A DNA stretch of 64,000 nt, taken from assembly GCA_965220045.1 (NCBI GenBank), contig OZ244803.1, positions 1,601,585 through 1,665,584 of the forward strand, given 5' to 3'. The notes under the pieces are model-generated. The model saw only the letters and a program-made list of their open reading frames with translations, was not told the DNA's origin and did not search any database. The DNA is from Chloroflexota bacterium. GTDB taxonomy: Bacteria > Chloroflexota > UBA11872 > VXOZ01. The first letter of the stretch is position 1. Every line of letters starts with the position of its first letter. The position numbers were made by a program, and so were the translations under genes. This document shows, in pieces, positions 37,220-45,745 of this stretch.

Positions 37220-37370
37220 CATGTGTGGCCGGCAGACGGCCATGGTCATTCTCGCGAAAGCGGGAATCCCAATGCTGCGGGCGGGATGTCCACGTTCCCA
37301 GACATGCGGGCGGGACGCCCGCGATCCCAGATGGTGTCATTCCCGCTTTCGCGGAAGTCCATATACTTTT
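37220..37370. other. Structured palindromic element: 18-bp inverted arms (TCTCGCGAAAGCGGGAAT / ATTCCCGCTTTCGCGGAA) enclosing internal direct repeats
   Basis: Arms lie about 75 bp apart and enclose ATGCTGCGGGCGGGATG and ATGCGGGCGGGACGCCCGC sub-repeats. A further hairpin TGGCCGGCAGACGGCCA lies just upstream. No ORF with coding character. The half-site motif recurs upstream of genes at 60.63 and 63.10 kb. Confidence 0.5.
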
Positions 37371-37510
37371 CACGGTGTGATGCGCTGCTGTCGCCAAATC
37401 CGTGCTTTCAGGCTTTGAGGTGCGACTCTCCCGCAAGAGGTGCGCGGCAGCGAAGAAGCCTCACTTGCGTTGCCCGTTGGATCTGGCGATTTACTCAATT
37501 AAACACCACC

Positions 37511-37548
37511 TTGACACTCGCCGCACCCACTGCTAATCTGCTAGCATC
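37511..37548 (+). promoter_or_regulatory. Candidate sigma70-type promoter for the substrate-binding-protein gene
   Basis: TTGACA, 17-bp spacer, TAATCT, about 35 bp upstream of the AAGGAG RBS. Confidence 0.45.
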
Positions 37549-37582
37549 CGGTTGACTGGAACATCCACAAAGGAGCTTTCCA

Positions 37583-38968
37583 ATGACTCGAAGAAAAGTC
37601 CTACTCGGAATGGGATCAGGTGCCAGCTTGGCGCTCTTGGCGGCCTGCGGCCAAGCAACAACGACGATGACCGACGAGGCGCCCAAGGCCGAAGAGAAGA
37701 TGGAGCCCAAGGCGGAAGAGAAGCCTGCCGAGCCGGAAACCTACGAAATTCGGGTTTTCACGACTTCCCGGTGGGACCTCAGTCAGGGCATTGGCTTGGA
37801 AGTGATGCAGGAACTTGAGGAAGCTAACCCGGGCATTACCGTTAACGCCACCGTTGAATCCGGCAACCGCATGGACAAGATGGTGACATCTGTTGCCGCC
37901 GGTTTCGGCCTTGACATCGGCCAGGCAGGCTCGTGGCAGTCGCAGACCCTCGCCGTTCTCAAGGTGCCGGTGGGACTCGACTCCTACATGGCGACCTCGA
38001 ACATCATCAAGAAAGAGGAGATTTGGGAATCGCTGCGTGGCGACCTGGAGTATAAGAGCGTGGTGCAGGGCATGCCGTTCGGCCCTGACATCCGTTTCCT
38101 CTATGTCGGCAATAAAGCCTACCTTGATGCGGGACTTGATCCCGAGAGTCCACCTGCAACGTGGACGGAACTCGAGGACGGAATCGCCAAAATCTATACC
38201 GTCAGCGGCGACAAGATTGAGAAGCTCGGCTTCGACCCGTTGCGCGGCACCGGCGGCAACCATCTTTGGATGGTGCCCATGTGGCAGTTGGGTGGAGATA
38301 CGACCTCACCGGAGGGCAGGGTCACTCTCAACACGCCCGAGGCGGAAGCAGCCCTCAACTGGCAGAAGAGCAACATCTTTGACGCCCAGGGCGGCTACAA
38401 CCAGGTGATGGAATTCTGGGGCGAGGCGGCGCGCTATCCCGCCTACTTCCAGCCGTTCTTCCAAGGTGTGGTCGGTAATATGCACCTGACCAATTCTGAG
38501 CGTGCCGGCCAAATCCTGCCTAACCAACCGGACTTTGAGTTTTCTTACGGGCCGTATCCCATACCTGAAGGTGGCAAGCAGGCCGGTTACGGCGGCTGCC
38601 ATACGTGGTTCATCACGGTGGACTCAGCCCAACCCGACAAAGCGTGGTTGTTCATGGAGCACTTCGGCAGCCGAGACGTGAACATCCGCTGGGCGCTGCA
38701 CTTTGACCGTCTGCCCATTCGCTCTGACGTGGCCAACTCCGAAGAATACCACCAGGGCGACGACTTTGTGCGCTTCTCCGCCAACATGATGCAACACCGC
38801 AATTTTGTCATCCCCTTGCCGGGCGCACCGTCAGTGCTGCGGTATGTGAACGGCTTTGTTCCGGACGTCATGGCCGGCAATATTACGATCCCCGAAGCGC
38901 TCAAGGATGCCAACGAGCAGGTCCAGACCATTCTCGACGAATTCCTGGCAGAGCACGGCGAAGCGTAA
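37583..38968 (+). CDS. ABC transporter substrate-binding lipoprotein (family 1, carbohydrate-type); no adjacent permease/ATPase genes
   Basis: Signal peptide with lipobox (LALLAACGQ), low-complexity linker (KAEEKMEPKAEEKP), about 460 aa, family-1 SBP-like composition. Confidence 0.75.
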   Translation: MTRRKVLLGMGSGASLALLAACGQATTTMTDEAPKAEEKMEPKAEEKPAEPETYEIRVFTTSRWDLSQGIGLEVMQELEEANPGITVNATVESGNRMDKMVTSVAAGFGLDIGQAGSWQSQTLAVLKVPVGLDSYMATSNIIKKEEIWESLRGDLEYKSVVQGMPFGPDIRFLYVGNKAYLDAGLDPESPPATWTELEDGIAKIYTVSGDKIEKLGFDPLRGTGGNHLWMVPMWQLGGDTTSPEGRVTLNTPEAEAALNWQKSNIFDAQGGYNQVMEFWGEAARYPAYFQPFFQGVVGNMHLTNSERAGQILPNQPDFEFSYGPYPIPEGGKQAGYGGCHTWFITVDSAQPDKAWLFMEHFGSRDVNIRWALHFDRLPIRSDVANSEEYHQGDDFVRFSANMMQHRNFVIPLPGAPSVLRYVNGFVPDVMAGNITIPEALKDANEQVQTILDEFLAEHGEA

Positions 38969-39054
38969 TTGCGCATTTCGGCCCAATTGGCAGTTAGAAT
39001 TGAAGGAGGAGGTCAGGTGGCCTCCTCCTTCTGCACTTTTGAGAAAGGTGTCTT

Positions 39055-40200
39055 GTGCCTGACGCAGATCCCAAACTCACCGGCGCCGAGGTCGACCCGC
39101 TGCGGCGGCAACTCTTCGAGGCGTACGACAACTGGCTTATGCGCCAATGCCGCGAGCGTTACGACGCGCGCGGCGAGCGCTGGCAGCGGGACTACACAAG
39201 CCTAGAGGCGTACTCCCACTCGGTCGCACCCAACCGCGAGCGCCTGCTCGCCATGATCGGCGGCTGGCCCTGGGAACGCGGGCCGCTGGAGCCGACCAGT
39301 GAAGAGATTGCCACCACAGATGCCTACACGGCATCCCGCGTCTGGTACACGTCGTTCGACGACGTGCGGGTGGACGCCATTCTCATCCGCCCCCACGGCG
39401 ACGGGCCGTTTCCGGCTGTGCTGGCCCAGCACGGAGTCAACCACACGCCGGAGCAGATCTGCGGTTTCTGCGACCCGGAATACAGCGCCGCCTATCACGA
39501 GATTGGCGTGCGCCTTGCACGGCACGGCTACGTGGTAATTGCGCCTCGGATGATTGGCGGCTACGGCGCAGACCGCTTCAACGTGCCCAACATCCCATCG
39601 CTGCGCACACAGGAACAAGGCCGCTCCCAGAACCAGATCCATCGCAAGGCCATCCTCATCGGTCAGACGATTCAGGCCCTGGAGTATTTTTCCCTTTCCA
39701 GGTCCGTTGACTACTTGGAATCGTTGCCGGAAGTCGATAACGACCGCATCGGCCTTTATGGCCTCTCACGAGGAGGTCGCGCAGCACTCTGGCTGGGAGC
39801 ATTGGAGCAACGGCTGCAAGCAGTGGTCTCGTCGGCTTGGTTCAACGAACGCTTCAGCAAGATGCTGCAGCCTGAAATCATCAAAGTCGGCGCCTTCATC
39901 GAAACCTCTTCCGAGTTCCAATTCATACCTGGCCTTTTCCATGAGTTTGGCGACGCCGACATTGCCTCCCTCATCTGCCCCCGCGCCTTCTTTGTCGAGG
40001 ACGGCAAGCACGACGGTGCGGTGTGGTGGCCCCATGCCGTCCAGGAATTCGAACTCGTCAAGGAATTTTACGGAAATCTGGGCATCCCGGAGAAGTGCGG
40101 CATTCGCATCCATGAGCAAGGCCACGAGACGGAACCGGAAGAGGAAGTCACGGACATCCAAGCGGTGGCGTTTCTCGACCGCTGGCTGAAGAGCGAGTAA
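39055..40200 (+). CDS. Alpha/beta-hydrolase (dienelactone hydrolase / acetyl-xylan-esterase-like)
   Basis: Nucleophile elbow GLSRGG within RIGLYGLSRGGRAALWLGALE. C-terminal acid/His region (EDGKHDGAVWWPHAVQE). Confidence 0.65.
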   Translation: MPDADPKLTGAEVDPLRRQLFEAYDNWLMRQCRERYDARGERWQRDYTSLEAYSHSVAPNRERLLAMIGGWPWERGPLEPTSEEIATTDAYTASRVWYTSFDDVRVDAILIRPHGDGPFPAVLAQHGVNHTPEQICGFCDPEYSAAYHEIGVRLARHGYVVIAPRMIGGYGADRFNVPNIPSLRTQEQGRSQNQIHRKAILIGQTIQALEYFSLSRSVDYLESLPEVDNDRIGLYGLSRGGRAALWLGALEQRLQAVVSSAWFNERFSKMLQPEIIKVGAFIETSSEFQFIPGLFHEFGDADIASLICPRAFFVEDGKHDGAVWWPHAVQEFELVKEFYGNLGIPEKCGIRIHEQGHETEPEEEVTDIQAVAFLDRWLKSE

Positions 40201-40224
40201 AACCGGCGCTTGCGGGAGCAACGA

Positions 40225-40415
40225 TCTGGTAGCGCAGGTTTGCAACCTGCGCCCACGCGCGAGCCTGCGCTCTGCTGTTGCCAGGCTAGGATGCAACGTA
40301 GTTTCGGAGTGCAATCATGCCGCGACTGCTAAACGTCTTCATCGATCCTCGAGCAATCCTGCGACGCAATGAAACCCTGCGCGACGAATCCGGTAGCGCA
40401 GGTTTGCAACCTGCG
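40225..40415. repeat. Two family-B repeat copies (GGTAGCGCAGGTTTGCAACCTGCGC) about 160 bp apart
   Basis: Exact 25-bp palindromic cores at about 40229 and about 40388. The second copy lies inside the reading frame of the HMA-like pseudogene candidate. Confidence 0.75.
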
Positions 40416-40684
40416 CCGTCCCGGGAGCTTGAAGTCCACGTTGCCGGTCTAGCCTGCACGAGCATATGAGCACGGCGCACACAGGAGGGCCTTGCGTCAC
40501 TCCCGGGCGTCGAGGATGTAAGCTTTAACCCGGAAGACGACACCTTTACCGTTCGCTACCACGGGGACGAGCTTGATCTTGCGCGTGTCAACGAAGCAGT
40601 GCGCGGAAAGGTGATTGCTAAGCCGCTGCGCAAGTTACTTGATTGGATCGGACGCCCGTTCCGGCGGTCTACCCACACTTGAGC
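40317..40684 (+). pseudogene. Disrupted heavy-metal-associated (HMA/CopZ-like) domain gene
   Basis: One frame reads ...ELEVHVAGLACTSI*ARRTQEGLASLPGVEDVSFNPEDDTFTVRYHGDELDLARVNEAVRGKV..., matching the HMA consensus (V-x-V-x-G-M-x-C-x-x-C ... LPGVEDVSVNL...TV.Y......I..AV...GY). An in-frame TGA replaces the second Cys codon of the CxxC motif. A family-B repeat is inserted in the 5' part. Confidence 0.45.
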
Positions 40685-40764
40685 CAAAGCCGCGCGCCGC
40701 TTCCCGCCGCTCTGCTCAGGAAAGACTTCAGATTGGGTGCCTTGAATCAATTATCACACTCTCC

Positions 40765-40812
40765 CGTTCGCACTTCGACGGGCTCAGTGCGAACGGGAGA
40801 GTATGACGGATT
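40765..40812. repeat. Short family-A-related palindromic element
   Basis: CTCTCCCGTTCGCA-CTTCGACGGGCTCAG-TGCGAACGGGAGAG: a perfect 14-bp inverted repeat around the family-A core TTCGACGGGCTCAG. Confidence 0.6.
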
Positions 40813-40998
40813 GTACATCTGCCCGGCTTCGTTGCGTTGTAAACGGCACTTCTTCGAGACCACATGCTACGCCGCGCCGCTCTCGCTTGTGTCTCCTAAC
40901 AGTAACGGCTACAGTGAGGCTATCGTTGCCGTAGACTCGCGTGCAGCGAAACAGTTCAGCAGTATACTCCCAGTCTCAGACAGTGAGTGAGAGGACAT

Positions 40999-42060
40999 AT
41001 GGCCGTGCCGGCAGACGCAACTGAGCCCGCACCCAAGACCTCGCAAGAGTACGCAGTTCCTCCAATTCTGACCACAGTGGTCGGCAGCTACCCGGCGCCG
41101 GCCTGGCTGCTTGCCATGCCCAGCCGGCCCGCGCTGCGTGACGCCATGCTCACGGTCTTCAAGACCCAGGAGCTTGCCGGCATCGACGTAGTGACAGACG
41201 GTGAGTTCTCGCGCTTCGACGTCAGTCACCCGGAGACTCAAGGCATGATTGAGTATTTTGTCTCTCCTTTGGCAGGCGTAGAAACGGCATTCAGTCGTGC
41301 CGACGTGGCGGCTTTTCGCCAGCAGACCGGCATGCAATTTCGCAGGCAGCCCGCCGGTGTGGTAAGAGATGCCGTCGGGGAGGGCACGCTCGACCTCCCA
41401 ATCGCTGCAGCCGCAGGTGACTTGACCGCGCAGGCGTACAAGTTTACCGTGACCAGTCCTTACATGCTGGCGAAATCCCTCCTGGACCTCCACTACCGAG
41501 ACATACGCGGACTCACCTTCGCGATTGCCGACGTCTTGGGAGATCAAGCCGCCAATATTAGGGCCGATGTCCTCCAAATCGATGAGGCAAACTTGGTCGG
41601 GTCTCCCCAAGATGGCGCATGGGCAGCCGACGCACTCAACCGCGTGTTTGCGGGATTTCAGGGAAGAAAGGCCGTGCATCTCTGCTTCGGCAACTATGGC
41701 GGCCAGACAATCCAACAGGGCCTCTTCAAGGATCTGCTGCCCTTTTTCAACAGGCTGGCGTGCGACCATCTCATACTGGAATTCGCACGCCCCGGCGACG
41801 CAGAACTGCCGGTCTTCAAAGACCTGCGACCGGAGATAGCCCTCGGCATCGGCGTCATTGACATCAAGGACAACGTCGTGGAAACAGCGGACCTCATCGC
41901 CCGCCGCATTGAGCGCGCCGTGAGCGTGCTGGGCGCGGAACGCGTCAAGTGGGTGCACCCGGACTGCGGCTTCTGGATGCTCTCCCGCATCGTGGCCGAC
42001 CGGAAGATGGCTGCGCTGGTCCAAGGCCGCGATCTCTATCTCGGACAGAAGAGCACATAA
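40999..42060 (+). CDS. Cobalamin-independent methionine synthase (MetE) C-terminal-domain-like protein
   Basis: ILTTVVGSYPAPAWL N-terminal motif, GIDVVTDGEF, C-terminal IDEAN...HLCFGNYG...VHPDCGF (zinc/homocysteine-binding region pattern). ATG preceded by GAGAGGA; the track start at 40987 is GTG. Confidence 0.6.
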   Translation: MAVPADATEPAPKTSQEYAVPPILTTVVGSYPAPAWLLAMPSRPALRDAMLTVFKTQELAGIDVVTDGEFSRFDVSHPETQGMIEYFVSPLAGVETAFSRADVAAFRQQTGMQFRRQPAGVVRDAVGEGTLDLPIAAAAGDLTAQAYKFTVTSPYMLAKSLLDLHYRDIRGLTFAIADVLGDQAANIRADVLQIDEANLVGSPQDGAWAADALNRVFAGFQGRKAVHLCFGNYGGQTIQQGLFKDLLPFFNRLACDHLILEFARPGDAELPVFKDLRPEIALGIGVIDIKDNVVETADLIARRIERAVSVLGAERVKWVHPDCGFWMLSRIVADRKMAALVQGRDLYLGQKST

Positions 42061-42070
42061 GGAGCAAGCA

Positions 42071-43129
42071 ATGGGCGATCAAGCACGCGTAGCCGTTATC
42101 ACCGCCCCCTCGGGCACCATGCACGTGGCCGGCTTTCTGGAGATTCTGGCGGCGTTGCCGGAGGTCGCCCAGGTAGCGTTGGTGACGGACGGCGCGGATG
42201 ACATTGAGTCTCATGCGCGCGATCAGCTTGGTGCGCGACTGGTTGGCACGTATCCCGACGCGGATGCTATGTTTCGTTCATTCGAGGCTGACCTCAGCAT
42301 AGTCAGCCTGGAGCCGCGCACCGCACCGCCAACCATCGCCGCCTGTTTGCGCCACGGCAGCCACGTGCTCGCCGAGAAACCCGCCTGCCTGCAGTGGGAA
42401 GAGTTTGCTGAGCTTGCGTCGCTTGCGGATGAGCACCAGCGCAATCTCGGTTTGGCCTTTGCCGCGCGGGGTTTTCCTTTCTTACAGGATGCCCGTCGCT
42501 TGGTTGCGCGTGGCCGCCTCGGCAAGCTCTACGGTGTCGACACCTACTTCATCGCCGATCAAACACGCGTGCAGCAAGCGGAGTGGCAGGCCTCGTGGTT
42601 TTCTCAGAAAGCCTACGCCGGTGGTGGGCACCTCATGTGGCTGGGCATTCATTATGTAGACTTACTGCACCACCTTACCGGACAGCGCATCGTGGAAGTT
42701 GGCGGGCTCACCGCGGTCGTCGGCGGCGCGCCCATCGATACGGAAGACGCCGCCGTGGCCGTGCTGCGTTTCGAGGACGGCATGGTCGGCTCCCTGACCT
42801 CGGCGTATTACGTGGACCGCAACAAGCAGTCCCATCTCCATCTTTGGGGCTCCCAGGGCTGGCTGCGCGGACGACCCAACGACTGGGAGAGCCTGGAGTG
42901 GTATAGCGCCCATCCCGCCGAGCAATCCGCGCCCTACCGTACTATTCACTACGACACGCCTAAGTCCGAGGTAAAGCCAACCTACTACGGCCTCGTGCGC
43001 GCCGCCGTGCACGGCGCCCAGGGCATCGCCCCGCATCCGGTGGCCACGGCCGAGGCCCTCCACGTGCTCAAGGTCGTCCACGCCATTTATCGCGCCGCTG
43101 AGACGGGCCAAACCCAGCAGATTGGGTGA
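42071..43129 (+). CDS. Gfo/Idh/MocA-like oxidoreductase (divergent)
   Basis: N-terminal Rossmann-like region and the EKP motif (HVLAEKPACLQ). AAGGAG RBS. Confidence 0.5.
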   Translation: MGDQARVAVITAPSGTMHVAGFLEILAALPEVAQVALVTDGADDIESHARDQLGARLVGTYPDADAMFRSFEADLSIVSLEPRTAPPTIAACLRHGSHVLAEKPACLQWEEFAELASLADEHQRNLGLAFAARGFPFLQDARRLVARGRLGKLYGVDTYFIADQTRVQQAEWQASWFSQKAYAGGGHLMWLGIHYVDLLHHLTGQRIVEVGGLTAVVGGAPIDTEDAAVAVLRFEDGMVGSLTSAYYVDRNKQSHLHLWGSQGWLRGRPNDWESLEWYSAHPAEQSAPYRTIHYDTPKSEVKPTYYGLVRAAVHGAQGIAPHPVATAEALHVLKVVHAIYRAAETGQTQQIG

Positions 43130-43382
43130 CGATTTCCGCGATTGCGTAAGCCAAGTTTCGTAGGGAAGCAGTGCAATTCCTGCACTTAACCCATACACGA
43201 CAGACACTCATTGGAGTGCTTGTGTAGACACCGCTTCAGTTCACGCGGGTCTAGGCCGGGCTATGGGTGAATTGAGCGCAGCGAATTACCACCGCGGAAT
43301 CTCGATCTACCCTGGATTCCGGTACCCGCCGGAATGGCGGAAAGACTAGTGGTTCTCCTTTGGTAAGAGAGGTTAGAAGAGT

Positions 43383-44486
43383 ATGAAACGCTACCGGGCG
43401 GCACTGATCGGCTGCGGAGGCATGAGCAAATCGCATCTTCCCGCGCTCATCGAAGTACCGGAAATAGACGTCGTCGCCATCTGCGACATTGACGAAGATC
43501 GTCTTGCCGCAATTGGCGACCTCTTCGGCGTGGAGAAGCGCTACATCGACTACCACGCCATGCTGGCGGCGGAGAAGCCGGACATTGTAGCCATCGCAAC
43601 CCAGGGACCCCAGCATTGCGCGGCTACCGTCGCTGCCGCTGAGCACGGCGCGCACGTGCTCTGCGAGAAGCCCATGGCGCTCGACCTCGCTGAGGCCGAC
43701 CGCATGATCGAGGCCTGTGAGAGGGCCGGCGTCAAGCTCGCCATCAATCACCAAGCCACGGTGCGTCCGTCGCTCAAGCGCATGCGGGACATGATCGAGA
43801 ATGGCGACATCGGTGACGTGATTCTCGTGCGGGGCAACAACAAGAGCGGGCGCAAGGCCGGCAACGAACTCATGGAGATGGGCACGCACGTCTTCGACCG
43901 CATGCAATTCCTCGGCGGCGCGCCGCAGTGGTGTCTCGCGCATCTCACATGGGAAGGGAAAGCCGCTACCATTGACGATGCCATGGACTCGCAAGAAATG
44001 AGCCCCAGAGACCGCGCTTCCGGTCCAGTGCTGGGCGAACGAGCCTATGCTCTGTTCGGTATGTCACGCGCGCCGGTGGGAGAATGCCAGTTCCTCGCCT
44101 ATGAGAAGACCGACAGCCGTCTCTACAGCGTGGATGTGCTCGGCACCAAAGGACAGCTTTCATTGCGCGGCACCGGCACGCGGGGTGGCGATAGCGACCT
44201 CTTCCACCTGCCCGTGCCCGCGTTCTATCCAGCCGACTTGCAGGAACAACCGCTCTGGCAGCGAATCGAGGTGCCGGCAGAACTCGACCCACGACTTGGC
44301 GAGCAGAGCATTACCCCAATCCTGCAAGAGCTGATCAAGTCCATCGAGACCGGCAGTGAACATCCCTGCAGCGGCGAAGCGGGGCGCCTGAACCTGGAAA
44401 TGGTGATGGCCATGTATGCCTCTCACTTGTCCGGCCAACGTGTTAGCATCCCGCTAGCCGAACGAAAACACCCACTCTCTCAATAG
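43383..44486 (+). CDS. Gfo/Idh/MocA-family oxidoreductase
   Basis: YRAALIGCGGMSKSHL, HVLCEKPMAL, LAINHQ motifs. AGAGG RBS. Confidence 0.75.
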   Translation: MKRYRAALIGCGGMSKSHLPALIEVPEIDVVAICDIDEDRLAAIGDLFGVEKRYIDYHAMLAAEKPDIVAIATQGPQHCAATVAAAEHGAHVLCEKPMALDLAEADRMIEACERAGVKLAINHQATVRPSLKRMRDMIENGDIGDVILVRGNNKSGRKAGNELMEMGTHVFDRMQFLGGAPQWCLAHLTWEGKAATIDDAMDSQEMSPRDRASGPVLGERAYALFGMSRAPVGECQFLAYEKTDSRLYSVDVLGTKGQLSLRGTGTRGGDSDLFHLPVPAFYPADLQEQPLWQRIEVPAELDPRLGEQSITPILQELIKSIETGSEHPCSGEAGRLNLEMVMAMYASHLSGQRVSIPLAERKHPLSQ

Positions 44487-44508
44487 AGTCTACCCACGCG
44501 AATCAAAG

Positions 44509-44540
44509 AGCCCCGGGCAGGTATGGGATTTGCCCAGGGC
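44509..44540. terminator. Hairpin between convergent genes (possible bidirectional terminator)
   Basis: GCCCCGGGCA-(11-nt loop)-TGCCCAGGGC, a 10-bp stem with one mismatch. No strong T-tract. Confidence 0.35.
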
Positions 44541-44667
44541 TTCTCTGCTTCCAGAGTTAATTTCACTCGGTCAGCGCGCAGGCCGTTCTGAGCGTATTGC
44601 CGCTAATCTTGGACGTGCCTTGGCGGATTCGCTGTCCGGCAACCTGCTCATTCAAGAGACCAAGACT

Positions 44668-45501
44668 CTACGGCCAGTAGACGCGCACGGGTGCACTTTC
44701 AACCACCGTGTTGTTTGTCGTTCGTGCTCGCACCGTCACGATGAGAGAGTTACTACCTTCCAAGGTATCAAGTCTGCGCAAGGCGAAAGTACCGCCGGCA
44801 TTGGTAACTCCGGTAGGCGCTTGAGCGCTGCCCAAGACTTTACCATCCGCCCGGACCACTTCAATGCCCACCGCATTCGTGGCCAGCACACTCAGGTAAA
44901 CGGGGTCTTGAGCGGCTCGATAGGAGCCCTGGTTGTCCACCGTTGCCGAATTCTGTGCGGCGATGAGGGTAAATTCCACGCCGCCAGTGTCCGCGGGCGC
45001 TCCTGTGCCTGGCGTCGGAGTCGGGAAGAACGGCGACTGGGTTGCGGCAGGCGCAGCAGTTGGCGTTGTATCTTGGGTAGCGGGCTGCTGGGGCACACGC
45101 AATTCCTGGCCTTCGAAGATCTTGTTGGGATCCGATAGGCAGTTTGCCGCCTGAAGCACCTCTGCCGTCGAGTCGGTGCGTGTGGCAATGCTATACAGCG
45201 TGTCGCCGGATTGCACGGTGTATTGCGGCCAATCGGTGCGCGGCGTACATGATGGCGGAGCGGTCGTGGCCTGCGGCCCCCGCGTCGGTAGAGGGACGAG
45301 CGTCGGAATCGGAGAGGCAGCCACAGGCGCCTGTGAAGCCTCTTGCGTCGGTCGAATCACTGTTGGAATGACATCGGGAGTCGGCGTTTCGTCGTCGGGC
45401 CCGTCCCCGACAAATGGGACGCATGCTGACGCAACAAGGGCAACTCCCAGCAACAATGGCATGACCCGCAGGCACTTAAGGGGCGTTTTCACTGGCGACA
45501 C
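44668..45501 (-). CDS. Secreted/lipoprotein LysM (peptidoglycan-binding) domain protein with a Pro/Thr-rich linker
   Basis: LysM core YTVQSGDTLYSIATRTDSTAEVLQAANCL. Signal peptide with Lys/Arg n-region and LVASAC lipobox-like site. PT-rich low-complexity linkers. GTG start. Confidence 0.7.
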   Translation of the reverse strand: MSPVKTPLKCLRVMPLLLGVALVASACVPFVGDGPDDETPTPDVIPTVIRPTQEASQAPVAASPIPTLVPLPTRGPQATTAPPSCTPRTDWPQYTVQSGDTLYSIATRTDSTAEVLQAANCLSDPNKIFEGQELRVPQQPATQDTTPTAAPAATQSPFFPTPTPGTGAPADTGGVEFTLIAAQNSATVDNQGSYRAAQDPVYLSVLATNAVGIEVVRADGKVLGSAQAPTGVTNAGGTFALRRLDTLEGSNSLIVTVRARTTNNTVVESAPVRVYWP

Positions 45502-45745
45502 TCCTCCTCTGGCGCAATACCTTCGTCACAGCCCGATAGGTGCGCAGAGAATACGTATATCGGGGCTGATTGGGTGAGACAGATCTACCAACATAAGCCA
45601 CGCTGAATCCAAGACAAGAGGGAATTGAGTGCAGCGCAACTGAACAGGTGCTCGGTGGGTCTGAAGAACTCAGAGAGCTACACTTAATAATGCCTGCAAT
45701 GGCCGTAGAATTCAAGCGCCCGTCAATTCGCGGAGCGAGGCTGCC

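Noticed and set aside
36909-37583. ORFs 37102-37380, 37199-37555 and 37182-37436 in the 670-bp gap
   Set aside because: Mutually overlapping, with no RBS and Arg/Ser/Pro/Cys-rich translations. The region is better explained by the family-A repeat and the inverted-repeat structured element.
40812-40987. Riboswitch (SAM or cobalamin) upstream of the MetE-like gene
   Set aside because: Neither the SAM-I core nor a B12 box (GCCACTG) is present. The leader contains no convincing conserved structure.
44530-45138. 202-aa plus-strand ORF opposite the LysM protein gene
   Set aside because: Antisense shadow. The minus-strand frame has a signal peptide, a LysM core and PT-rich linkers that make biological sense, whereas the plus-strand translation is Arg/Ser/Cys-rich with no motif.
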